A stretch of 46,043 nucleotides of DNA from an uncultured Eubacteriales bacterium. Its GTDB lineage: Bacteria; Bacillota; Clostridia; UBA1212; CASDQQ01. Shown one piece after another: positions 27,066-35,310 of the stretch. The notes below the pieces were generated by a model, which was not told where the DNA came from, did not search any database, and saw only the letters and a program-made list of their open reading frames with translations. The position numbers and the translations under genes are program-made. Numbering within the stretch: position 1 is the first letter of the stretch; every line of letters starts with the position of its first letter. The DNA lies in NCBI GenBank assembly GCA_949282945.1, contig CASDQQ010000047.1, positions 1-46,043 of the forward strand, read 5' to 3'.

Positions 27066-28064
27066 ATGAATACCACCAGATTTTCAAAATGTATTCTTTG
27101 TGTTTTAATGACATGTATATTTTTATTTGCTTTTACTGCGTGCGGTGAGAAAGTTAGAGATGGGGAGGAACCTACTATGACGGGACAATCGTCTCAGAAT
27201 GTGCAGCAACTACCTGAAAATCCTATTATGGAGGGCGCCGATCCTTTTATTCTCCTTCATGAAGGAACTTATTATCTATATTCCACTAACGCGCCGGACG
27301 ACGGTTATTTAGTATATACTTCCACCGATCTGAAAAATTGGGAATCAAAAGGATATTGTTTAAAAAAAGATGATGTAATGGGAGATTTCGGTTTTTGGGC
27401 TCCGGAAGTCATGTATCATGAGGGAAGATTTTATATGGTCTATACCGCTGAGGAGCATCTTGGCATAGCTGTTTCAGACTCTCCGCTTGGACCTTTCTGT
27501 CAGGAGGAAAAGAAATTTTTAAACAGCACCAAGGAAATTGACGGGCACTTTTTTAAAGATGACGACGGTTCGGTATACCTGTATTTTGTACGTTTCCCTA
27601 GCGGCAATGTTATTTACGGGGCAAAAATGAACGACGATATGCTATCTTATCAGAAATCTTCAGTAAGACTGCTCCTTGGAGCTCAGGAGGAATGGGAAAC
27701 TCATATGGGAACTATTGCTGAAGGTCCCAACATGGTAAAACATAATGGAGTATATTATCTTACTTATTCAGCTAATCATTATCAGAGCCAGGACTACGCG
27801 GTAGGCTATGCCACTTCCGACTCTCCATTGAGCAGGTTTGAAAAATATGAGGGAAATCCCATTTTATCTAAGTCCGGAGATATTGTGGGAACCGGGCACC
27901 ATAGCTTTACCACATCTTTGGACGGAAGCCAGATGTACATCGTGTATCATAAACACAATAGTACTTCGTCGGTACACCCCAGAATGGTATGCATCGACAG
28001 GGCGTATTTTGAAACGGATCCCCACGGAGGGAAAGATATTTTAAAGGTGGACGGTCCTAACTGA
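27066..28064 (+). CDS. GH43-family glycoside hydrolase lipoprotein (arabinofuranosidase/xylosidase-like)
   Basis: 332 aa. Lipobox FAFTACGE. GH43 blocks GADPFILLHEGTYYLYST, FWAPEV, IDGHFF and EGPNM. Confidence 0.85.
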   Translation: MNTTRFSKCILCVLMTCIFLFAFTACGEKVRDGEEPTMTGQSSQNVQQLPENPIMEGADPFILLHEGTYYLYSTNAPDDGYLVYTSTDLKNWESKGYCLKKDDVMGDFGFWAPEVMYHEGRFYMVYTAEEHLGIAVSDSPLGPFCQEEKKFLNSTKEIDGHFFKDDDGSVYLYFVRFPSGNVIYGAKMNDDMLSYQKSSVRLLLGAQEEWETHMGTIAEGPNMVKHNGVYYLTYSANHYQSQDYAVGYATSDSPLSRFEKYEGNPILSKSGDIVGTGHHSFTTSLDGSQMYIVYHKHNSTSSVHPRMVCIDRAYFETDPHGGKDILKVDGPN

Positions 28065-28132
28065 CCTCATATGAGATCGGTTAAAGGTTTTGAAAATAAG
28101 TATTATCCGCATTCCCGGTGTGCATATATGTC

Positions 28133-28161
28133 TTGACTTTGATTTGCCATATGCTTATAAT
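28133..28161 (+). promoter_or_regulatory. Near-consensus sigma-A promoter upstream of the GH78 gene
   Basis: TTGACT (28133-28138), 17-nt spacer, TATAAT (28156-28161). Confidence 0.65.
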
Positions 28162-28268
28162 ACGAAGCAATCAACCCAAAAAAGCAAGGAGGAAAATGGT
28201 AAAAAGCGTTTAGCCTTGATTTCCATATTAAATTTCAGGCTATACGTCTTAATATCATTAAAAATTTT

Positions 28269-31200
28269 ATGGATAAAGACCAAAAAGAAGACACTATTAT
28301 AGTTCAGCTTAAAACAAATGACTTTATTGATCCGGTTGGTATTGACGCCTGGCCTCCAATATTCAGTTGGAAAATGGAATCTTTTATCGTTGGGCAGCGC
28401 CAGACAGCCTACAGGATTGTTGTAGCCAAAGATAAGGATTTTGATGAAATCGTGTGGGATTCAGAGAAAGTGGAGTCTGACAAATCTGTAGGGATCGTAT
28501 ATGAGGGCGAAAAACTTGAAATTTCATCGAAATATTATTGGAAGCTTACGATATGGGATAAATTTGGCAAAGCAATCGACGCGAATATTTCCCAGTTTGA
28601 AACAGGGATTTGGGGCGAAGAGGCCTGGAGCCATTCTAAGTGGATCCAGTTGGGAGAGATAAAAGAAGGTCAAAAGAAAGATCTTCATTATACGGTGGAG
28701 GCAGACGTTACATGTTCTGAAGAAGCTATAGGCCTGTTGTTTAATGTACTTAACGGCTCAAATTTTTATATGTTTCAGCTTAATACTGTCGATAATGAAG
28801 GGAAAGTGATATTTAAGCCACACACGTGGAAGGATGGAAATTATGCCACTTACAGCGGACATACTAAAGATGTTACAGAAGTTACAGGCGGTCCTCAAAC
28901 CCTTAAAACAAAAGCCGTGCATGTGAAAATAGACGTTACAAATTTGGAGATTGTTACATATTTGAATGGTATACGGATAGATTCTTTTAGAATAGGAACG
29001 GTAAGCGATCAGGGAACCACAGGAATAAGTCCCAGGATCGGCGGCCTGGGGTTCAGAACGTATGGAAAGGAATCGGGTACGGCAGATAATTTTATACTTA
29101 CCGATTATACAAACTCAGAGTCCGGAAATGTGATCTATGATTACAACTTTGACGTGGAAAATCCATTTTTCGGAGGGGAAATAAAAGACGGAAGGTTTAT
29201 CGCGAAAGGCGTAGGTATTTTGGTAATGGAACAGGGCTCTTCCACGTTTAGAAAAGAAGTTACGCCAGAGAAAAATATTAAGTCAGCCAGACTGTATACG
29301 GCGGGACTTGGCGTGTATGACGTATTTATCGACGGCGAAAGGGTTGGAACAAAGAAGCCTGACGGCACGATAATATATGATGAACTGAAGCCGGGATATA
29401 CACACCATTCAAAGCGTACGTTTTATCATACTTATGATGTAACACAAATGCTGAGCCATGGGAAGACCAGCACTCTTTCTTCCTATGTGACCTCTGGGTG
29501 GTGGTCCGGAGAGGCCGGCGGATCATACGGCAAAAAAGAAGCGTTCAGAGCTCAGCTTCTTTTAATATATGAAGACGGAACAAGAGAAATCATAGGAACG
29601 GATGAAACATGGAAGACTTCAATACAGGGTCCGGTCATCTACGGCAATATTTACAACGGCGAAACCTATGACGCAAGAACGGACGTCTCGTTCAGAAAAA
29701 CCGGATATGATGATTCTAAATGGAGCTTTGCTGAAATCAACAAAGAATTTAACGGCAGGATCTGCGCGCAGATAGGCCCTTCTGTAAAGGTTCGCAGAGA
29801 TCTGGAACTTTCTTTTGTGAGCGCTGTTGTTTATGACGGAGTTACGGGCGAATCAGAGGGCCAATATGGAAAAATAAATATAACGGGCAAATATACGCGG
29901 GGAATGTCTTTTACTCTTAAGGCAGGAGAAAAGGCTGTGTTTGATCTGGGACAGAATTTTGCCGGTTGGGATGAAATAAGTGCTGAAGGCGAAAAAGGAA
30001 CCGTTATCACTATAAGGCACGGAGAAATGCTCAATGATAATAACGGCTTAAGATCCAGAGGAAACGATGGGCCGGAAGGCAGCCTGTATACAGAAAATCT
30101 GCGTTCGGCAAAGGCTACCGGACGTTATATAATGGCCGGCAGGGGTATTGAAAGCTACCACGGCTCTACTACGTTTTACGGATTCAGATATGCCGAGGTT
30201 TCTGCCACAAAGGATATTGTGATCCACGGAATGAAAGGAATAGTAGTAACGTCGGTGGGGGAAAATACCGGAAGTATAAAGACTTCGAATGAAAAGGTAA
30301 ATCAACTTATAAGCAATATTTTCTGGGGGCAGTATAGTAACTATCTGTCTGTGCCCACTGATTGTCCACAGAGGGATGAGAGAAAGGGATGGACGGCAGA
30401 TACGCAGGTCTTTTCTACCGCAGCGTCGTACAACGGAGATTCAAAAGGATTTTTGAGAAAATTTATGTATGATATGAATGATTCTCAGGGGGACAACGGA
30501 GCATACCCTGATACCGCTCCGTATAACGGCTACGGATCCACAGGACAGCTCGGATGGGGAGACGCGGGCATTATTGTTCCATACAACCTTTATAAAATAT
30601 ACGGGGATAAAACAGTAATAGAAGAAAATTATGAAAACATGAAAATTTTTATGGATGTTTTCATGGCGTCTACAAATAAAATGGGAGGAGGACACGCGTA
30701 CGGAGACTGGCTTGCTTATGAAAGCAACGACGACGGAATCAAAGACCTGTTCGGAATAGCGTACTATGCATGGGACGCTCATATGATGTCAGAAATGGCT
30801 GAAGTCATAGAAAGGCCTGAGGATGCCGCTAAATATATGAGGATATATGAAGATGAGAAGCTTTTCTTCCAGAAAATGTTCGTCGATCATGACGGAAACC
30901 TAAAGCGTAAAGAGCAGACGGCTTGTCTCATGGCGCTTCATTTTGATCTGCTGCCAGATGAGAATTCGAGAGAAACGGTAAAAAAGGAGCTTCTCGGCAA
31001 TATTGAAAGAAATGGAAACAAGCTGCAAACAGGCTTTTTAGGGACTTCCATTATAATGCAGACTCTATCCGATATAGGCGCTACCGGCACGGCGTACAAA
31101 CTGCTTTTGCAAAACGGGAATCCCTCATGGCTGTATTCTGTGGAGCAGGGGGCCACTACTGTATGGGAACGTTGGAATTCATATACCATTGAGGACGGAT

Positions 31201-31622
31201 TCGGGCCGGTAAGCATGAATTCCTTTAACCACTATGCTTACGGAGCCGTGGCCGAGTGGATGTACGGATATATGGCGGGAATAATGTATGATTTCAAAAA
31301 TCCCGGTTTTAAACATATAATATTACAGCCGTCGCCGGACGTCTCTATACAGAGAGTGGATTGCTCTTTTGATTCAGCATACGGAATGATAGTAAGCAAT
31401 TGGAGATATGAGAAAGAGAAGTTTATATATGAAGCTTCCATTCCAGCAAATACGGAGACCACATTATATATTCCTTTAACGGAGGAACAGACTATTTTGG
31501 TGAACGGCAAAAAGACAGAGGATTTAAGTTTGGACTCCGACGGTCTGAAATATATGGGAACTGAAAATAGAAAAGCTGTTTTTGAAGGGGCTTCAGGGAA
31601 ATTTGTGTTTGAGATCAAATAG
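28269..31622 (+). CDS. GH78 alpha-L-rhamnosidase with an extra concanavalin/LamG-like module near the N-terminus
   Basis: 1117 aa. N-terminal PVGIDAWPPIFSWK...RQTAYRIVV start is typical of GH78. Catalytic-domain block PTDCPQRDERKGWTADTQ. The upstream in-frame region has a stop at 28200-28202 and no ATG, GTG or TTG, so 28269 is the only start. Confidence 0.85.
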   Translation: MDKDQKEDTIIVQLKTNDFIDPVGIDAWPPIFSWKMESFIVGQRQTAYRIVVAKDKDFDEIVWDSEKVESDKSVGIVYEGEKLEISSKYYWKLTIWDKFGKAIDANISQFETGIWGEEAWSHSKWIQLGEIKEGQKKDLHYTVEADVTCSEEAIGLLFNVLNGSNFYMFQLNTVDNEGKVIFKPHTWKDGNYATYSGHTKDVTEVTGGPQTLKTKAVHVKIDVTNLEIVTYLNGIRIDSFRIGTVSDQGTTGISPRIGGLGFRTYGKESGTADNFILTDYTNSESGNVIYDYNFDVENPFFGGEIKDGRFIAKGVGILVMEQGSSTFRKEVTPEKNIKSARLYTAGLGVYDVFIDGERVGTKKPDGTIIYDELKPGYTHHSKRTFYHTYDVTQMLSHGKTSTLSSYVTSGWWSGEAGGSYGKKEAFRAQLLLIYEDGTREIIGTDETWKTSIQGPVIYGNIYNGETYDARTDVSFRKTGYDDSKWSFAEINKEFNGRICAQIGPSVKVRRDLELSFVSAVVYDGVTGESEGQYGKINITGKYTRGMSFTLKAGEKAVFDLGQNFAGWDEISAEGEKGTVITIRHGEMLNDNNGLRSRGNDGPEGSLYTENLRSAKATGRYIMAGRGIESYHGSTTFYGFRYAEVSATKDIVIHGMKGIVVTSVGENTGSIKTSNEKVNQLISNIFWGQYSNYLSVPTDCPQRDERKGWTADTQVFSTAASYNGDSKGFLRKFMYDMNDSQGDNGAYPDTAPYNGYGSTGQLGWGDAGIIVPYNLYKIYGDKTVIEENYENMKIFMDVFMASTNKMGGGHAYGDWLAYESNDDGIKDLFGIAYYAWDAHMMSEMAEVIERPEDAAKYMRIYEDEKLFFQKMFVDHDGNLKRKEQTACLMALHFDLLPDENSRETVKKELLGNIERNGNKLQTGFLGTSIIMQTLSDIGATGTAYKLLLQNGNPSWLYSVEQGATTVWERWNSYTIEDGFGPVSMNSFNHYAYGAVAEWMYGYMAGIMYDFKNPGFKHIILQPSPDVSIQRVDCSFDSAYGMIVSNWRYEKEKFIYEASIPANTETTLYIPLTEEQTILVNGKKTEDLSLDSDGLKYMGTENRKAVFEGASGKFVFEIK

Positions 31623-31651
31623 GAGATAAATTTTATTTTACAAGAAAGTTT

Positions 31652-31691
31652 AAAATCTGAGACAAAATCATGATTTTGTCTCAGATTTATT
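31652..31691. terminator. Bidirectional intrinsic terminator between convergent GH78 and asnB genes
   Basis: Near-perfect 36-nt palindrome: AAATCTGAGACAAAATCA (31653-31670) pairs with TGATTTTGTCTCAGATTT (31671-31688). A/T runs on both sides. Confidence 0.8.
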
Positions 31692-31706
31692 CTATATTTC
31701 CTATTT

Positions 31707-33284
31707 TTATTTGCCGCTTTCTCCGTAATTTGAAAGGACTCTGGCTGAGGGATCGTTTACATCACAGCCTTCCCATGATTTGTTGGGCATCCAAAAATCA
31801 ACTATCATTTCTGCCTGCCCCGGATAATATTTTTCGAATATTTCGCGATATAAAAGGGATTCTTTGGTAAACGGCCTTGCATGAGAATATTTTTGGCATT
31901 TTTCTTTGAATTCGCCGTCAGTATAGTAGTCTGAAGCGTATTCTTTTAGATAGTCTACCATTGAATGTCCTACCGCGTCGGAAAACGCGGCTTTTTCACG
32001 GTAAAGGATATCTTGGGGCAAATAATCTCCCTCGAAGGCGCGCCGCAGTAAATATTTTCCTTTGCCATAAGTATTGAGCTTCTTTTGAGGATCCAGGGAC
32101 ATAATATATTTTACAAAATCCAGATCTCCGAAAGGAACGCGGGCCTCCAGAGAGTTTACTGAAATACAACGGTCGGCGCGGAGTACATCGTACATATGAA
32201 GCTCTCGTACGCGTTTTTCCGCTTCTTCCTGAAAAGCCTCCGCCGAGGGAGCAAAGTCGGTGTATTTATATCCGAATAGTTCATCAGAAACCTCGCCCGT
32301 AAGCAAAACCCTGATATCGGTATGCTCATGTATCCATTTGCATAACAGATACATACCCATACTCGCGCGTATAGTGGTAATATCAAAAGTCCCCAAAATA
32401 TGGATGACATTATCCAGGGATCCGAGAACATCAGATTTTGTGATTATGACTTCTGTATGATTGCTGCCGATATATTCCGCGACCTGCTTAGCGTACTTTA
32501 AATCTATAGCGTCTTTATCCATGCCAATGGCAAAAGTACGGATAGGAGAACTGCTTTTTTTAGCGGCTACGGCGCATACGAGGGAAGAATCAAGACCTCC
32601 GCTTAAGAGAAAACCCACCTTGGCGTCGGAAACAAGCCTTTTTTCAATGCCGCGCAAAAGCTTGTCATGAATATTTTTATATATAGTTTCCAGACTGTCA
32701 TAACAGATACAGTCCGGGTGGGATATATCCGAATAGCAAATGAACTCTCCGCCTTTATAATAATGTCCGGGAGGGAATGGCATTATTTTTTTACACAATC
32801 CAACAAGATTTTTTGCTTCGCTTGCGAAAATAATCGCGCCTTTTGTATCGTAGCCATAGTATAAAGGACGGATGCCTATAGGATCCCTGGCCGCGATATA
32901 TTCTTTAGAATCGCCGTCGAAAATAATGCAGGCAAATTCAGCGTCAAGCATACTAAACATATCTGTACCATATTCTTTGTACATAGGAAGGAGTATCTCG
33001 CAGTCAGAGCCGCTTTTAAAAGAGTATTTTTCAGATAGCTGAGCCTTTAGCTTTTCAAATCCGTAAATTTCTCCGTTACATACTATATAGCTTCCCTGTA
33101 ATTCAAAAGGCTGCATGCCCTCCGGAGTCAGACCCATAATAGCGAGACGGTGAAAACCCAGAAGACCTTTGCCGGTATCAACGATATTGGTTGCGTCGGG
33201 ACCGCGGGAAATGGTTTGGTCAAATCCCTCTTTAAATGTTGAATAGGCGGCCCCTTCACTGCAGTAACCCATAATTGAACACAT
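31707..33284 (-). CDS. asnB: Asparagine synthase (glutamine-hydrolysing)
   Basis: 525 aa. N-terminal Cys2 nucleophile (MCSIMGY). PP-loop LLSGGLDSS. AGGAGG RBS. Confidence 0.9.
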   Translation of the reverse strand: MCSIMGYCSEGAAYSTFKEGFDQTISRGPDATNIVDTGKGLLGFHRLAIMGLTPEGMQPFELQGSYIVCNGEIYGFEKLKAQLSEKYSFKSGSDCEILLPMYKEYGTDMFSMLDAEFACIIFDGDSKEYIAARDPIGIRPLYYGYDTKGAIIFASEAKNLVGLCKKIMPFPPGHYYKGGEFICYSDISHPDCICYDSLETIYKNIHDKLLRGIEKRLVSDAKVGFLLSGGLDSSLVCAVAAKKSSSPIRTFAIGMDKDAIDLKYAKQVAEYIGSNHTEVIITKSDVLGSLDNVIHILGTFDITTIRASMGMYLLCKWIHEHTDIRVLLTGEVSDELFGYKYTDFAPSAEAFQEEAEKRVRELHMYDVLRADRCISVNSLEARVPFGDLDFVKYIMSLDPQKKLNTYGKGKYLLRRAFEGDYLPQDILYREKAAFSDAVGHSMVDYLKEYASDYYTDGEFKEKCQKYSHARPFTKESLLYREIFEKYYPGQAEMIVDFWMPNKSWEGCDVNDPSARVLSNYGESGK

Positions 33285-33299
33285 AGTAAAAACCTCCTA

Positions 33300-33547
33300 A
33301 AAGATCGATATCAGCCTTCAATAGGGCGAGTGCTGTAGCTCGCGGTGCCACCTATTTTTTTTCTCATTTTCTGACTTTATATAAAGTCTGCCGATTAACG
33401 CTCGGCCCTACGGCGCACCTACTAAAGAATAACCTTTTTCAGATTGCAGCTCGTCAGGTGTTCTTCATGCCGGTTGTTTTATGCGGCTCTCACTGTTCCG
33501 CATTCGCTGTAAAGGAGTTTTGGCATTACTTCTCCCGACTCAAACGC
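33300..33547 (-). promoter_or_regulatory. T-box leader (tRNA-sensing riboswitch), probable Asn (AAC) specifier, controlling asnB
   Basis: On the - strand the T-box sequence AGGTGGCACCGCG lies at 33353-33341. The antiterminator is AATAGG[TGGCACC]GCGAG-loop-CTCGCCCTATT. Stem I carries AGTA and GAA S-turn elements, an AGTGA box and AAC (33462-33460) followed by A next to the lower helix. Stem III is GACTTTAT/ATAAAGTC. Confidence 0.8.
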
Positions 33548-33567
33548 TTTTATGATATTTGTTTTTA

Positions 33568-35295
33568 TTATTCCACATCCTGTAAGGCGGCGTAGCCTTC
33601 CTCGCCGGTACGTACCTTAACTACATTTTCAACATCATAAACAAATATTTTGCCGTCTCCGATATGTCCCGTATAAAGAACCTTCTTAGCCGTTTCGATT
33701 ACATCCCGCACAGGTATTTTGCTTACTACTATATCGACCTGTACTTTTGGCAGCAGATTTGTTTCTACAGGAACTCCACGATAATATTCCGGTTTACCCT
33801 TTTGCGTGCCGTAGCCCATAACGTGCGATACCGTCATACCTGTAATTCCAAGTTTATTCATAGCATTTTTGAGGGCGTAAAGCTTATCTTCCTTAAATAC
33901 TATCTCAACCTTGGTAAATTTATGTTCCCCGCTGTCAAAGGACGGAACTTTCTTTACGACTACCGCTTCAGCGGCCGGAATATCGCCGGTAACGACGGAT
34001 ATTTGATCTTCACCAGAATAGTCTGCGTATTTTTCCACTACCGGTTCAAAATCAGGATAAGCACTGGGCAATCCGTGTTCTGCTATGTCAAGTCCGGTAA
34101 GTTCATCCTCAGCTGAAGCCCGAAGTCCATGGGTCTTTTTTATGATAGCAAAGGTAATTGTCAGCAGGATCACTGCATAAAGGCCTACTGATAAGATACC
34201 AAGAGCCTGTATTCCCAAAAGCTTAAAGGAACCTGTGTAAAAAAGTCCGGAAAGTCCGGCGGGAGCGTCAGGATTTGCAAGCAGCCCTACAGCTAAAGTT
34301 CCCCAAAGCCCGTTTGCCATATGAACTCCCACTGCGCCTACCGGGTCGTCAATGTGCAATTTGATATCAAGCAGCTCAACTACAACTACGATAAGTATAC
34401 CTGAAACTATTCCTACCACAGTAGCTCCTATAGCGTCCATAGCGTTGCATCCTGCGGTAATACCTACAAGCCCCGCTAAAGAAGCGTTTAGGCACATTGA
34501 AACATCAGGCTTACCGTTTTTTAGCCATGTAAATATCATAGTAGTACAGGTAGCGACTGCAGGAGCGATGGTCGTAGTAAGGAATATAGATGCAAGCTCA
34601 GAGGCGCTAGTCGCGGCGGCACCGTTAAAACCGTACCAACCAAGCCAGAGAATAAATACTCCAAGGGCTCCAAGAGTTATGGAATGGCCGGGGATAGCGT
34701 TAACCTTTATTACCTTGCCAGAAGGATCTCTGACGTATTTACCGATACGCGGACCTAAGAATATAGCTCCTACTAAAGCCGCGATTCCGCCTACCAGATG
34801 GATGGCGCAGGATCCTGCAAAATCGTAAAAACCAAGCTGAGACAGCCAGCCTCCGCCCCATATCCAGTGAGCCTCAATTGGATATATTACCAGTGAGATA
34901 ACGGCGGAATAAATGCAGTAAGCTGAAAACTTAGTACGTTCAGCCATGGCCCCCGAAACAATGGTAGCGGCTGTGGCACAGAAAATTAAGTTGAACACAA
35001 AAGTTGACGCACCTGTAAAACCTCCGTCTGAAGGGCTTGATATAAATTCCTTGAAGTTTGCCCATAAGTCCATGTTTGGAAGCCCCACCAGACCGAAAAG
35101 AACATCCTCTCCCATCATCAATGTATATCCGAGCAGTGAAAAAACTACTGTTCCTATACAAAAATCCATCAGGTTTTTCATGATTATGTTTCCGGCATTT
35201 TTGGCTCTTGTAAATCCGGCTTCTACCATTGCAAATCCGGCCTGCATCCAAAATACCAACGCGGTTCCTATCAAAAACCAAAATTCAATAGTCAT
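33568..35295 (-). CDS. amt: Ammonium transporter (Amt) fused at its C-terminus to a P-II (GlnB/GlnK) signal-transduction domain
   Basis: 575 aa. Amt blocks FWMQAGFAMVEAG and DFAGSCAIHLVGG. After a linker of about 60 aa comes a complete P-II domain: KVEIVFKEDKL...GITGMTVSHVMGYGTQKGKPEYYRG...GDGKIFV. Confidence 0.85.
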   Translation of the reverse strand: MTIEFWFLIGTALVFWMQAGFAMVEAGFTRAKNAGNIIMKNLMDFCIGTVVFSLLGYTLMMGEDVLFGLVGLPNMDLWANFKEFISSPSDGGFTGASTFVFNLIFCATAATIVSGAMAERTKFSAYCIYSAVISLVIYPIEAHWIWGGGWLSQLGFYDFAGSCAIHLVGGIAALVGAIFLGPRIGKYVRDPSGKVIKVNAIPGHSITLGALGVFILWLGWYGFNGAAATSASELASIFLTTTIAPAVATCTTMIFTWLKNGKPDVSMCLNASLAGLVGITAGCNAMDAIGATVVGIVSGILIVVVVELLDIKLHIDDPVGAVGVHMANGLWGTLAVGLLANPDAPAGLSGLFYTGSFKLLGIQALGILSVGLYAVILLTITFAIIKKTHGLRASAEDELTGLDIAEHGLPSAYPDFEPVVEKYADYSGEDQISVVTGDIPAAEAVVVKKVPSFDSGEHKFTKVEIVFKEDKLYALKNAMNKLGITGMTVSHVMGYGTQKGKPEYYRGVPVETNLLPKVQVDIVVSKIPVRDVIETAKKVLYTGHIGDGKIFVYDVENVVKVRTGEEGYAALQDVE

Positions 35296-35310
35296 ATTTA
35301 CTCATCTCCT

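Noticed and set aside
28090-28302. 70-aa ORF between the GH43 and GH78 genes.
   Set aside because: It spans the promoter, leader and start codon of the GH78 gene, has no RBS and is a Lys/Ile/Leu-rich AT-driven translation.
31670-31870. 66-aa + strand ORF after the GH78 gene.
   Set aside because: It starts inside the bidirectional terminator palindrome and runs antisense into the asnB 3' end.
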